Translations under genes and position numbers: made by a program
From: Candidatus Iainarchaeum sp.
GTDB taxonomy: Archaea; B1Sed10-29; WALL01
Length of the DNA: 49,951 nt
Assembly (NCBI GenBank): GCA_021162685.1
Contig: JAGGYF010000015.1
Coordinates: 1 to 49,951, forward strand
Reading direction: 5' to 3'
The notes under the pieces: generated by a model
What the model was told of the DNA's origin: nothing
Databases searched by the model: none
The model's input: the letters and a program-made list of their open reading frames with translations, nothing else
Shown: positions 26,808 through 36,962 of the stretch, in pieces
Position numbering within the stretch: position 1 is the first letter of the stretch
How the letters are laid out: the number at the start of each line of letters is the position of its first letter

Positions 26808-29707
26808 CTAAACCTCAAAATAGCACCAATACCTCCAAATCCTCTGAAAAATTGTTCTCCTTCTGGTGTGTCTGTTGAAATGATCTCTACCTTTGTCCCT
26901 ACCATCTCAGCAAGTTCGCTTAGATCTTCAACAATATCCTTTTCTTCAGTTATATTCATGAGGACGCCGCACTTTTCACATTTTTCCTGTTTTGGTTTGC
27001 TTCTAACACTCTTTTGGACTTCATACCCACAATGCGGACATTTTAAAGTTACCCTCTTCCATTCAAGCTCTTCTGATAAGAGGAGAGTATCAACTTTTCC
27101 TTCAAGTAATGCTTGTCTTACCTGTTTTTCACCATATGTTGCTAAGCCGCCAGTGGATGCCTCCTTCAAGAATTTGTTTACAAGCTGTTTTTCTTTTATT
27201 ATGTCTAGGTCCTTCATTATCTCTCCGGCTTTCTGCATCATCTCCCGGATGCCAAATTCATCTGTGTAACTAGTATCAATTGTGCCTATTATCTTCTGTT
27301 TTACTTTTGCATTCAGGTAATCTGCATTGAGGAACGAATTTTTTGTGGGGCCAGGGCCACCAATGATTACTCCTTTAATCTTTTCATCTGAAAATGTTTT
27401 ATTTGCAAGCTCTCCAACCTTTTTGAACCATTCATGTGCAGCAATCTCTATCAAACGCTCAAAGCGCACTGAACTGTTGTGTAAGATGAAATTGTTTGCC
27501 ACAAAACATTCAGTTTCAGGGACAGTTAAGTCATAGAATACTGCATTTAGGTATGTTTTGTCTATGTGTTTTATTTCTGCTTGGATTACATCTGCATGAT
27601 ACACATCCCAGAGCAGACGTAGCAGGTGTGCACCAGTTGTCAGCATTTCTTTTTGTTTATTCATTAGCACGTTTTTCACGCTTGAAATACGCTCAGGATT
27701 CTTGTCAAGACCTTTTTCTATTCTATATATAGGGTAAACACTCAATCCTAGTTCTTCAGCAACTTCCTTCATTGTGAGTCTGAGACGTTTTCTAAACGTT
27801 CTCAAGTTTTGGCTTTTTGCGTTTTCTATTTCCTTGAGTCTTTTTTCAACAGGTTTTATTATTACTCTTCTGAACACATTAAAACTCATCTTTCTTTCGT
27901 CCCTGAAAAAGTTTGTTGAAGTGGCAAAGTCCTCTGTATTCATCTTAAGTTTTTTTACCAAATTTAACATTTGCTTGCCACTAACAGGAATCTGATTTGT
28001 GTTTGTACTCAACTTTCCATATATTCTACCCAACTTTTTCATCTTTTTTTCTGAGGAGAAACCTATATATCTTCTGAAATTCATTAGCGATTCTGAGTCG
28101 CATATTTCAAGTGTGAACTGGTGAGATTCTTTAAATCCTCTGCCTCCTTTTGAGATTTTTTTTCGTACAGAGGCAATTATTCCAAATCTGAGCAGTAACA
28201 TCTGTAGCTGTTTAATAAACTTCTCAGCAACCATTGTAAGAGATACACGATTACTGGTTACATAACCTTCAGCATCAAACACCCCTCTTATAAATGCAGC
28301 CACCTCTTCATTTTTTGCAATCATTATGCTTTTGGGAACCACTAGATTGTGGCTCGGGTAAAAAACCTCTCCGAACAAGAGATCAATCGTCTTTACTAGT
28401 TCTTTTCCGTAGAATGCTAGCCGATAACATCCTCTCCTTCTTCGTTTGTCTATTGAGACAGATACCCCAAACAGTAACTTGATTAATTTCATATATTTGC
28501 GAAGAAGATTAATATCACTATCGCACAAACAGATCCTATACTCTTCCTTATATCCGTCTCCTGATATGTAGCCAAGCAGCTGAGCCAATTCTTTCGTTAA
28601 TGTTTTTGGGAATCTAAAAGCAGGAGTTTTTTTCATGAATTTTTGCGAGAACGCTTTTTTGTCAACACCATATAATTCAATTAATTCCATTATTTTATCA
28701 TGGCTTATTTTACCATTGTTTGTCTCAAATTTAGATATGGTTGCTTGTGCAACTCCTAATATTTTTGCCACTTCTTGCTGGGATAGCCCTCTTTCTCTGC
28801 GCTTGTTTGTTAGGTAGTTAATACCCTGTTTTGTTGGATATTCTACATGTGGAATGTCTATGTTTAGATGTACCTCTCTCCCTCTTACGGGGCTGCATTT
28901 TGCCACTAGAATTTGGTTTCCAGGTTTGAGGTCCTCTGCGTACTTCACTCCCATACCACAGGAATCCGGGACAAAAAACAGATGTTCTGGGGTAACTATA
29001 ATTTCAAGCGTAGGATATTTTGTTTTGATGACATATGCACGTCTCCTTTTTCTTGAGAATACGTGGGAGCAATTAGCAATCTTTGTTTTGTAATTGGAAT
29101 GACTTAGAATAGCATCTCCTCTTTGAACGTTCTTTATTTCTGTAATAATTCCGTTTCCAAGCTGTATAAGAGAGTCCTCATGTACGCATTGCCCGCCCGC
29201 CCTATGTTTTCCTGGCACTTGTGATGTCATGCTTCTTACAATTTCTATACGTTTGCCTTTCAGTATGGCAATTGTTGCCTCTCTTCTATCAACTGTCAGT
29301 AAACCATATGCCTCTTTTGGTTCAAGCATCTCAAGTAATGGTTCCAGGAAAAATGTAGAGTCACATCTATATGTCTGAATAGGAACAGGTTCTGGTGGCT
29401 CTAGTTTGAATAACTCAATCTTGTCATTTATGTTTCCAGCGAATAACACCAAGCCATTTTCAGGAGGTTTTCTGTAGGCTTTTAGCGCATTTAACAACCG
29501 TTCAATTGCAGCAGTCACATTCTTTCTTGTTTGTTTGCTCTTTATATTCATTGCTTGGCCAGCTTCTTCTCTAAGTTTATTAGTCACCTCTGAGATCTGA
29601 TAGTTTGGGGGTATGTATATGCTAATGAGTTCAGTACCCTGACCTCTAAGTTTTGCCAATTCTTTTACTATCTTTTTAAACTCATAATTTACTCTTGAAT
29701 TCATCAT
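26804..29707 (-). CDS. prf1: Peptide chain release factor aRF1, intein-containing
   Basis: GTELISIYIP, NIKS, YRCD, HRAGGQ|S..RFERL, GGPGPTK, GFGGIGAILRF; spliced length 396 aa. Confidence 0.95.
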   Translation of the reverse strand: MMNSRVNYEFKKIVKELAKLRGQGTELISIYIPPNYQISEVTNKLREEAGQAMNIKSKQTRKNVTAAIERLLNALKAYRKPPENGLVLFAGNINDKIELFKLEPPEPVPIQTYRCDSTFFLEPLLEMLEPKEAYGLLTVDRREATIAILKGKRIEIVRSMTSQVPGKHRAGGQCVHEDSLIQLGNGIITEIKNVQRGDAILSHSNYKTKIANCSHVFSRKRRRAYVIKTKYPTLEIIVTPEHLFFVPDSCGMGVKYAEDLKPGNQILVAKCSPVRGREVHLNIDIPHVEYPTKQGINYLTNKRRERGLSQQEVAKILGVAQATISKFETNNGKISHDKIMELIELYGVDKKAFSQKFMKKTPAFRFPKTLTKELAQLLGYISGDGYKEEYRICLCDSDINLLRKYMKLIKLLFGVSVSIDKRRRRGCYRLAFYGKELVKTIDLLFGEVFYPSHNLVVPKSIMIAKNEEVAAFIRGVFDAEGYVTSNRVSLTMVAEKFIKQLQMLLLRFGIIASVRKKISKGGRGFKESHQFTLEICDSESLMNFRRYIGFSSEKKMKKLGRIYGKLSTNTNQIPVSGKQMLNLVKKLKMNTEDFATSTNFFRDERKMSFNVFRRVIIKPVEKRLKEIENAKSQNLRTFRKRLRLTMKEVAEELGLSVYPIYRIEKGLDKNPERISSVKNVLMNKQKEMLTTGAHLLRLLWDVYHADVIQAEIKHIDKTYLNAVFYDLTVPETECFVANNFILHNSSVRFERLIEIAAHEWFKKVGELANKTFSDEKIKGVIIGGPGPTKNSFLNADYLNAKVKQKIIGTIDTSYTDEFGIREMMQKAGEIMKDLDIIKEKQLVNKFLKEASTGGLATYGEKQVRQALLEGKVDTLLLSEELEWKRVTLKCPHCGYEVQKSVRSKPKQEKCEKCGVLMNITEEKDIVEDLSELAEMVGTKVEIISTDTPEGEQFFRGFGGIGAILRFR
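27476..29188 (-). mobile_element. Intein (571 aa) with LAGLIDADG endonuclease and two XRE-type HTH inserts
   Basis: CVHEDSLI start, TPEHLF, LLGYISGDG and FIRGVFDAEG, FYDLTV, LHN|S end. Confidence 0.93.
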
Positions 29708-29752
29708 ATCACTTTATATTTTAGGATTGATTTATTTAAAAGAGGTGTTACA

Positions 29753-30436
29753 ATGAAGCCGTGCGTCATTAAAATCGGCGGTTCAATTCTTGCTGATGGG
29801 AAGCCAGATGTTGACTACATTAAGAGTATAAGTTCTATGCTTGAAGATTTAAATAAACGTATGGTTATTGGTGTTGTAGTAGGGGCAGGAAAAGTGGGGG
29901 GTGTTTATGTAGATGCTGCCCGTAAGCTAAAAATAAACCAATACCAGCAGGATTCATTGGCAATAGATGTTACAAGAGTAAATGCAAGATTACTGGCAAA
30001 TGCACTTCCTTCTGCATTACATAGTATCCCACGAACAGTAGGAGATGCACGTGCATTGATGGAAGCATCTCCAAAGAGGATTGTTGTGATGGGTGGAACA
30101 TTCCCTGGCCATACAACAAACGCTGTTGCAGCACTTCTTGCTGAAAATACAGGAGCAAAGCTTGTAAATTGTACAAACGTTGATGCTGTGTATGATAAGG
30201 ACCCAAACAAATTCAAGAATGCTAGAAAGTTCTCAAAAATGAGTGCGGATAAATTAGTTGAGTTAGCAGCAAAGTATGATACAAGGGAGGCAAGGGGACA
30301 CTTCATTATTGATCTACTTGCAGCAAAGATCATACAGCGTTCCAAAATAGAAACACATGTGGTTAATGGGAGAAAGTTGAGTGAGATAAAAAAGGCAGCA
30401 CTTGGGAAAAAGCATAATGGTACTGTAATTAAGTGA
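29753..30436 (+). CDS. pyrH: UMP kinase
   Basis: VIKIGGS, VVVGAG, GGTFPGHTT, TNVDAVYDKDP. Confidence 0.93.
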   Translation: MKPCVIKIGGSILADGKPDVDYIKSISSMLEDLNKRMVIGVVVGAGKVGGVYVDAARKLKINQYQQDSLAIDVTRVNARLLANALPSALHSIPRTVGDARALMEASPKRIVVMGGTFPGHTTNAVAALLAENTGAKLVNCTNVDAVYDKDPNKFKNARKFSKMSADKLVELAAKYDTREARGHFIIDLLAAKIIQRSKIETHVVNGRKLSEIKKAALGKKHNGTVIK

Positions 30437-30849
30437 GCAACATGAACGTATGTGTGGGCGGCACATTTGATAAGTTACACGAGGGACACAAGTATCTCTT
30501 GGATGTAGCATGCGCTTTTTCAGAAACATTGTTTGTTGGACTGACAAGTGATGAGTTTGCAAGGCGAACGAAAAAAAGAGAGATAAGGCCATATTCTGTA
30601 AGGAAGCACGAGCTTGAGAAATATTTAGAAGGAAAACCTGTTGAAATTATTGAGATAGATGATATGTATGGGTTTGCTGCAGATATGAAGGATTTGGATG
30701 CCATTGTTGTCAGCACAGAGACATATGCAAAAGCATGTAAGATAAATAAGAAAAGAGAGGAAAAAGGATTAAAACCTTTGCTGATTATTGTAATACCATT
30801 GATCAAAGATGAGAAAGGGAATAAGATATCTTCAAGAGGGGTTAGATGA
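30433..30849 (+). CDS. coaD: Phosphopantetheine adenylyltransferase (archaeal type)
   Basis: GGTFDKLHEGH, GLTSDEF, AIVVSTET, IN..R...GL.PL, KISS. Confidence 0.9.
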   Translation: MSNMNVCVGGTFDKLHEGHKYLLDVACAFSETLFVGLTSDEFARRTKKREIRPYSVRKHELEKYLEGKPVEIIEIDDMYGFAADMKDLDAIVVSTETYAKACKINKKREEKGLKPLLIIVIPLIKDEKGNKISSRGVR

Positions 30850-32192
30850 GTTATAGCAAAAGGATTGAAGACGAGTTGAAGAAGAAAGGCATAAAAATAG
30901 GGGACAGAGTTAAGGTAGGAGATGTTGAAGGATTACTTATGCCTTCTCCTGAGATAACAGGAAACCCAGACTTTTTAGTTATAAAATTAGACAATGGATA
31001 CAACATAGGTGTTAAATTCAAAGGAAAGATTGAGAAGAGCAGCACAAAGGAGCCACAACGTATCAAAAAAGAGTTTGAATACGAGGTAGAGGAAACACAT
31101 GCGCAAAGCATACCCAAGTGCCACGATCTACCGATGATATCATTGATATCTGCTGGTGGAACAATATCAAGCAAAGTAGATTATAAAACAGGGGCTGTTT
31201 ATCCCTCTTTCACATCAAGGGATTTGTTTGCTCAAGTACCTGAGCTTTCAAAAATAGTCTGCTTTAAGGAACTGAAAACGGTTTCAGAGGTATTGAGCGA
31301 GGACATGTGTTACGAGGATTGGATAGAGATTGCAAAGGAGTGTGCATACCAAATTAATGATGGTGCTGGGGGCGTTATTGTGGCACATGGTACTGATACA
31401 ATGCACTATACATCTGCAGCATTATCTTTCATGCTTTCTGGACTATCAAAACCAGTGGTTCTTACAGGGGCACAGCGATCAACAGACAGGGGCTCTGCTG
31501 ACTCTGCTATGAATTTAATCTGTTCAGCTCATGCTTCCATCTCAGATATTGCTGAGGTAGGTATTGTAATGCATGCAGAAACAGATGATAGCTATTGCTT
31601 TTTTATAAGGGGAACAAAAGCAAGAAAGATGCACACAACTATGAGGAACACATTTAGGCCTATAAATGATTATCCTATTGCAAAGATTTGGCCAGACGGC
31701 AAAGTAGAGCCATTACAAACATACAAAAAGAGAGCAGACGGAAAGGTAAAGGCAGACACAAAGTATGAGCCAAATGTCGCACTTGTTAAAGCATATCCAA
31801 ATTCAGACCCGACCATTATTGACTATTTTGTTAAGAAGGGATGCAAAGGGATAATTATAGAGGGTACAGGTTTGGGTCATGTCCCCACGCAAAATAAGAA
31901 ATATTCTTGGATACCTCACGTAAAAGAGGCAGTAAATTCTGGCGTATTTATCGGCATTGCACCTCAGACATTGTACGGTAAATTAAATCCAGATGTTTAT
32001 GCAAATGGGAGGATTCTTGCCTATGAGGCAAATGCAGTACACCTGAAAGATATGCTCCCAGAGACAGCATATGTTAAGCTTGGTTGGGTTTTGGGCCATA
32101 CAAAAAGCATGAAGAAGATAAAAGACATGATGTTAACGAATTACGCTGGTGAATTCAAAGAGAGATTGCAGCCAGACATGTTTTTATATTGA
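30846..32192 (+). CDS. gatD: Glu-tRNA(Gln) amidotransferase subunit D
   Basis: KLDNGYNIG, GGTISSKVDY, HGTDTMHY, GAQRSTDR, RKMHT, GTGLGH. Confidence 0.96.
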   Translation: MSYSKRIEDELKKKGIKIGDRVKVGDVEGLLMPSPEITGNPDFLVIKLDNGYNIGVKFKGKIEKSSTKEPQRIKKEFEYEVEETHAQSIPKCHDLPMISLISAGGTISSKVDYKTGAVYPSFTSRDLFAQVPELSKIVCFKELKTVSEVLSEDMCYEDWIEIAKECAYQINDGAGGVIVAHGTDTMHYTSAALSFMLSGLSKPVVLTGAQRSTDRGSADSAMNLICSAHASISDIAEVGIVMHAETDDSYCFFIRGTKARKMHTTMRNTFRPINDYPIAKIWPDGKVEPLQTYKKRADGKVKADTKYEPNVALVKAYPNSDPTIIDYFVKKGCKGIIIEGTGLGHVPTQNKKYSWIPHVKEAVNSGVFIGIAPQTLYGKLNPDVYANGRILAYEANAVHLKDMLPETAYVKLGWVLGHTKSMKKIKDMMLTNYAGEFKERLQPDMFLY

Positions 32193-32202
32193 GGTGTTAT
32201 AT

Positions 32203-32733
32203 GTGATTATTGGTTTAACAGGTAAAGCAAGGAGTGGAAAGGACACAATTGCCAAATATCTATGTGAGCACTATGGGTTTAAACATTACGATTTTTATAA
32301 AGATGTGCTTGTCCCAGAACTTGAAAAAAGGGGTTTGGAGCCAACAAAGATGAACGCGAGCCTTGTAGGCAACGAAATGAGAAAAGAGGAGGGAATGGAT
32401 ATTATGGCTAAACGCCTTCTCAAAAAGATTGATGTTCCAGATGCTGTGGTAACGGGATTTAGAAGTCCAGAAGAGGTTGAATATTTTAAGGAACATACTC
32501 ACGATTTCACTTTGGTATTTGTGGATGCAGAACCAGAGGTTAGATTTTCAAGAAGAAGCCCTCTGGATCCACAAACAAAGGAAGAATTTTTTAAGAGAGA
32601 TGAGATGGATGAAAAGGGCAAGAATATGGAGGCAGTTTTTTTGATGGCAGATAATGTCATAGATAATAATGGCACATTAGATGAATTATATGAAAAGGTG
32701 GAGGAACTGCTTGATGAGATAGTTGGTGAGTGA
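32203..32733 (+). CDS. P-loop nucleotide kinase (dephospho-CoA kinase/UPF0200-like)
   Basis: IIGLTGKARSGKDT, GFRSPEE, IDNNGT; GAGGTG SD before GTG 32203. Confidence 0.75.
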   Translation: MIIGLTGKARSGKDTIAKYLCEHYGFKHYDFYKDVLVPELEKRGLEPTKMNASLVGNEMRKEEGMDIMAKRLLKKIDVPDAVVTGFRSPEEVEYFKEHTHDFTLVFVDAEPEVRFSRRSPLDPQTKEEFFKRDEMDEKGKNMEAVFLMADNVIDNNGTLDELYEKVEELLDEIVGE

Positions 32734-34554
32734 ATGGATTACCAGAAACTTGGATTCAAGGCAGGATTGGAGATACACCAACAATTAGATACTAAGGAGA
32801 AACTTTTCTGTCATTGTAGCACGGAATTAAGCGATAAATTTCCAATAACAGTTGAAAGGAAACTCAGAGCAGTTGCAGGTGAATTGGGAAAAGTAGATGA
32901 AGCAGCCAGATACGAATTCAAAAGACAGAGAACATTTTTCTACAAAGCAAATCCAGAGACAAGTTGTCTTGTTGAATTAGATGAACAACCACCAGAGAGC
33001 ATGAATAAAGAGGCACTTCATATAGCACTACAATTCTGCAAGCTTGTTAGTGCCAATATTGTTGACGAGATACATGTGATGAGGAAAACTGTTGTAGATG
33101 GAAGCAACACATCTGGCTTCCAAAGAACTGCAATGGTTGGGTTAAATGGGAAGATAAAGACAAGTAAGGGCGTAGTAAGGATACCAACTATACAGATTGA
33201 GGAGGATGCAGCAGCACCGATTGATAGGACTGAAGATACTGTTACTTATAGGTTGGATAGATTGGGCATACCTCTAATAGAGGTTGCAACAGGGCCAGAT
33301 ATAAAAGATCCGGAGCATTTGAAAGAGACAGCACTTACAATTGGAAGACTATTACGTGTCTTGAATGTCAAAAGAGGAATAGGCACGATAAGACAGGACG
33401 TTAATATTTCTATTAGTGGTGGAGCAAGGGTTGAAATAAAGGGTGCCCAGGATCTAAAGCTTCTCCCAAAGATTGCAGAGAGGGAAGTAATACGGCAGAG
33501 GAATCTCTTAGAGGCCAGAGAAGAACTCATAAAAAGGAATGCATCTGTTTGTGATGAGATCTTTGACGTCACTGATCTATTTAAAGAGACGAAATGTAGG
33601 TTTTTGAAAAACGCAAGAGCCATCCTTGCAGTAAAGCTTGAGAGGTTTTCAGGAATACTTGGCAGGGAGATACAAAATAATAGAAGAGTTGGAACAGAGC
33701 TGAGCGATTATGCGAAGACTCAGGGGGTTGGAGGCATAATTCATTCTGATGAAGATATGAAGAAGTATAATATAGAGGAGATGGACGCAGTTAGAAAAGC
33801 ATTAAATGCAAATAGAGAGGATGCAATAGTTTTATGTGCATCCACGCGATTGAAGGCAACAAGGGCTCTCAGGCAAGTGATAAAGAGAGCAAAGATGCTT
33901 TTGGAAGGTGTGCCAGAGGAGGTTAGGAAAGCGCTTCCAGATGGAAACACACAATATCTCAGACCAATGCCAGGAGCCTCAAGATTATATCCAGAAACAG
34001 ACATACCTCCTCTAGTTATAGATGAGAAGACAAAAGATGAGGTAGAAGTACCAGAAAGACCAGAGAGAATAATGGCCAGACTGAAGAAGATTGGTTTGAG
34101 TGATGAACTTGCAGAGCAATTATTCAGTTCAAAAAGGTTGAAGGTCTTTGAGAGGATATATGCAAAACATAATGCAGACCCAGTTCTCATTGCTACAACG
34201 TTGGAGAATACTCTTGTGGCATTACGTAGAGATGGTGTGCCTGTTGAGAATATATCAGATGAGGCACTTGAAGAACTTTTTGATCTGTATTATGAAGGGT
34301 ATATCTCAAAAGAGGGGATTCCAGATGTCCTCACGACAATTGCATTAAACCCAGGAAAGAGATTGAGGGATATGCAGTTGAGGAAAATGAGTGAGGAAGA
34401 AGTAAGAGAAAGGATAAGAGAGATAGTGAGCAAAAACAAACATCTCTTAAAACAACATAACCCATTCAAAAAGATTATGGGAGAAGTTATGAAGGAATTG
34501 AGAGGAAAGGCTGATGGAAAACTCATAGCAAAGATAGTAAAGGAGTTTATATGA
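32734..34554 (+). CDS. gatE: Glu-tRNA(Gln) amidotransferase subunit E
   Basis: GLEIHQQL, DGSNTSGFQRT, LDRLGIPLIE, GTIRQDVN, RPMPGASRLYPETD. Confidence 0.97.
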   Translation: MDYQKLGFKAGLEIHQQLDTKEKLFCHCSTELSDKFPITVERKLRAVAGELGKVDEAARYEFKRQRTFFYKANPETSCLVELDEQPPESMNKEALHIALQFCKLVSANIVDEIHVMRKTVVDGSNTSGFQRTAMVGLNGKIKTSKGVVRIPTIQIEEDAAAPIDRTEDTVTYRLDRLGIPLIEVATGPDIKDPEHLKETALTIGRLLRVLNVKRGIGTIRQDVNISISGGARVEIKGAQDLKLLPKIAEREVIRQRNLLEAREELIKRNASVCDEIFDVTDLFKETKCRFLKNARAILAVKLERFSGILGREIQNNRRVGTELSDYAKTQGVGGIIHSDEDMKKYNIEEMDAVRKALNANREDAIVLCASTRLKATRALRQVIKRAKMLLEGVPEEVRKALPDGNTQYLRPMPGASRLYPETDIPPLVIDEKTKDEVEVPERPERIMARLKKIGLSDELAEQLFSSKRLKVFERIYAKHNADPVLIATTLENTLVALRRDGVPVENISDEALEELFDLYYEGYISKEGIPDVLTTIALNPGKRLRDMQLRKMSEEEVRERIREIVSKNKHLLKQHNPFKKIMGEVMKELRGKADGKLIAKIVKEFI

Positions 34555-35333
34555 AAGTTCTTGTGAGGTATGGGGAGCTGTTTCTCAAATCAGAGCCAGT
34601 AAAGAAGAGGATGATAAATCAGCTAGTTTCAAACATCAAGGCAGGAATACCAGATGCAAACGTGGACATAAAACGAGGCAGACTAATTATTAATACTGAA
34701 TTTGGTAGAGCGAAGCCCATACTAAAAAGAATATTTGGTATTGTTTCGTTTTCTCCTGCATTTGATGTCACAACAGATATGGAACAGATAAAGAAACAAT
34801 GCCTCATGCTTGTTGAGCCAAATAAAACATTTGCTATAAAGACAAACAGGCCCTATAAAAAGTTTCCAATGACAAGCCAAGAGATAAGCAGGGAGGTAGG
34901 AGCATACATTGTTAAACATACAGGAGCAAAAGTGAACCTAACGAATCCAGAGCAGACGATTTATATTGAGTTATTTAAAGACACAACATTCATATTCAAC
35001 AAGATTGAGAGAGGAATAGAAGGCCTACCTCTTGGCGTTTCTGGAACAGTTTGTTTGGAATGCTATAACAAAGATGATGTACTTGCAGGGCTTATGATGA
35101 TGAAAAGAGGATGTTCTTTGATTGTAAAAGGAAATAGGTCAAACATATTAGATGAGTGGAGCATTGGCCATCCAATAACATATGTTGATTCATTCAAAGA
35201 ATGCAAAGCTGTTGTGTCTGGCACAAGAGATATAAACAAAATAAAGGGAAGAGAAGTACCAGTGTTTTATCCCCTTATTGCGCTTCCTGATTGTAAGATA
35301 AAAGAATTGAGGAAAACTTTTTATTTGGCATGA
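34551..35333 (+). CDS. ThiI-like THUMP-domain protein with a degenerate PP-loop domain
   Basis: VRYGELFLKS, FGIVSFS, VNLTNPE, GLPLG, MMKRGC; SGGxDS absent. Confidence 0.8.
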   Translation: MKVLVRYGELFLKSEPVKKRMINQLVSNIKAGIPDANVDIKRGRLIINTEFGRAKPILKRIFGIVSFSPAFDVTTDMEQIKKQCLMLVEPNKTFAIKTNRPYKKFPMTSQEISREVGAYIVKHTGAKVNLTNPEQTIYIELFKDTTFIFNKIERGIEGLPLGVSGTVCLECYNKDDVLAGLMMMKRGCSLIVKGNRSNILDEWSIGHPITYVDSFKECKAVVSGTRDINKIKGREVPVFYPLIALPDCKIKELRKTFYLA

Positions 35334-35791
35334 ACATTATGGTTAATATGGCTGATAAGAAGCAACCAAAGGCAAAGGTAGATATTGACGAGAGCCATAA
35401 GAAGGTCTATGTTCTACCTTACATGCCACGAGAGAAGAGAACATTTGGCCAAAAGGCTGCTGATGCAATTGCTGAGTTTGGTGGTAGCTGGACATTTATA
35501 GTCCTTTTCCTGATTTTCCTTTTTCTCTGGATGGGTCTGAATACTTGGGCATTTATCACACACTGGGACCCCTATCCATTCATTTTGCTAAATCTTGCCC
35601 TTTCATGTCTTGCAGCAGTCCAGGCACCAATTATCTTGATGTCACAGAATAGAGCAGCTGAGCGCGATAGAAGGAAGGCAGAGATGGACTACATTGTGAA
35701 CAAAAAGGCAGAGATGGAGATCAAAGATATGCAGAACGATCTAGACGAGATAAAAGCAATGCTGAGGGAATTAAACAAAAAGGTCAAGTGA
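35330..35791 (+). CDS. DUF1003 membrane protein
   Basis: AD.IA.FGGSW.FI, DPYPFILLNL.LS..AA.QAPIILMSQNR. Confidence 0.9.
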   Translation: MNIMVNMADKKQPKAKVDIDESHKKVYVLPYMPREKRTFGQKAADAIAEFGGSWTFIVLFLIFLFLWMGLNTWAFITHWDPYPFILLNLALSCLAAVQAPIILMSQNRAAERDRRKAEMDYIVNKKAEMEIKDMQNDLDEIKAMLRELNKKVK

Positions 35792-36944
35792 GTTTTTTGC
35801 ACGCCTTTTCAATCCTGTCCATTGCTTCCTCTATAAGTTCATACTTTGTAGCATAACTCAATCTTATAAAGCCTTCTCCATACCTCCCAAACTCTGTTCC
35901 TGGGACAGTAAGCACCTTCGCTTCTTTTAGTAGGTATTCACAGAACCTATTTGATGTCATATTGAAGTGTATGCTTGGAAACATATAAAATGCGCCTTCT
36001 GGTTCATTGAGCGAAAATCCATCAATCTCCTTCAACCGCTTGTACATAAACTTTCTTCTTCTATCATATGACGTTCTCATCTCTTCAACACAATCCTGCG
36101 ACCCTTTCAGAGCAGCAGTTGCAGCGATCTGTGACATAGTTGGTGCACATAACGAGGTATGTATGTGTAGGTCAGTCATTGCTTTGATAATCTTCTCAGA
36201 ACCAACTGCATAACCTATGCGATAACCTGGCATTGCATATGTTTTTGAGAATGACTGTAATGCTAAAACATAATCCTTCATCCCATTTAATGATAGCATA
36301 GAAATATGCTTTTTTCCATACACTAACTTTTCATATGCTTCATCAACCATCACAAGCAAATCGTATTCAACAGCAATATCAGCAAGTTCCTCTAATCGCT
36401 TTTTGTCAAGTACTGTTCCTGTTGGGTTTGATGGGTTGCATATAATTATGGCCCTAGTCCTTTTTGGATCCTTTATAGCATTTTTCACATCCTCAACAAA
36501 TAACTGAAATCCGTTCTCTTCTTTCAGAGGTACTGATACTGGATAACCATTAAACAATTGCGTCAGGGGTTCATATATAATAAACGAAGGGTCTGGGACC
36601 AGAACCTCCTCTCCTGGATCAACAACACTTGCTAAACCCAGCATAATTGCCTCAGTGGATCCACACGTGACTATGACCTCATTCTCAGGGCTTACATCAA
36701 CGTTGTAATCTCTCTTAAACTTCTCTGCAATAGCCTCTTTTAATTCCATCCTACCAGATATTGGTGAGTAATGCGTTTTTTCCTCATCAAGTGCTTTTTT
36801 TGTTGCCTCTCTTATATGCTCTGGTGTTGTAAAATCTGGCTCACCAGGCCCTAATGATAAAACATCCTTTGTTTCCGCTGCCAGCCTCAAAATCCTAACA
36901 AATGTGCTATCTGGCAACTGTGAAACCCTTTCAGATATCTGCAT
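35784..36944 (-). CDS. PLP-dependent class I/II aminotransferase (AspC-like)
   Basis: GEPDF, NPSNPTG, DEAY, SFSKTYAMPGYRIG, RLSYA. Confidence 0.92.
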   Translation of the reverse strand: MQISERVSQLPDSTFVRILRLAAETKDVLSLGPGEPDFTTPEHIREATKKALDEEKTHYSPISGRMELKEAIAEKFKRDYNVDVSPENEVIVTCGSTEAIMLGLASVVDPGEEVLVPDPSFIIYEPLTQLFNGYPVSVPLKEENGFQLFVEDVKNAIKDPKRTRAIIICNPSNPTGTVLDKKRLEELADIAVEYDLLVMVDEAYEKLVYGKKHISMLSLNGMKDYVLALQSFSKTYAMPGYRIGYAVGSEKIIKAMTDLHIHTSLCAPTMSQIAATAALKGSQDCVEEMRTSYDRRRKFMYKRLKEIDGFSLNEPEGAFYMFPSIHFNMTSNRFCEYLLKEAKVLTVPGTEFGRYGEGFIRLSYATKYELIEEAMDRIEKACKKLT

Positions 36945-36962
36945 GTTTTCTGTTACAACTCC

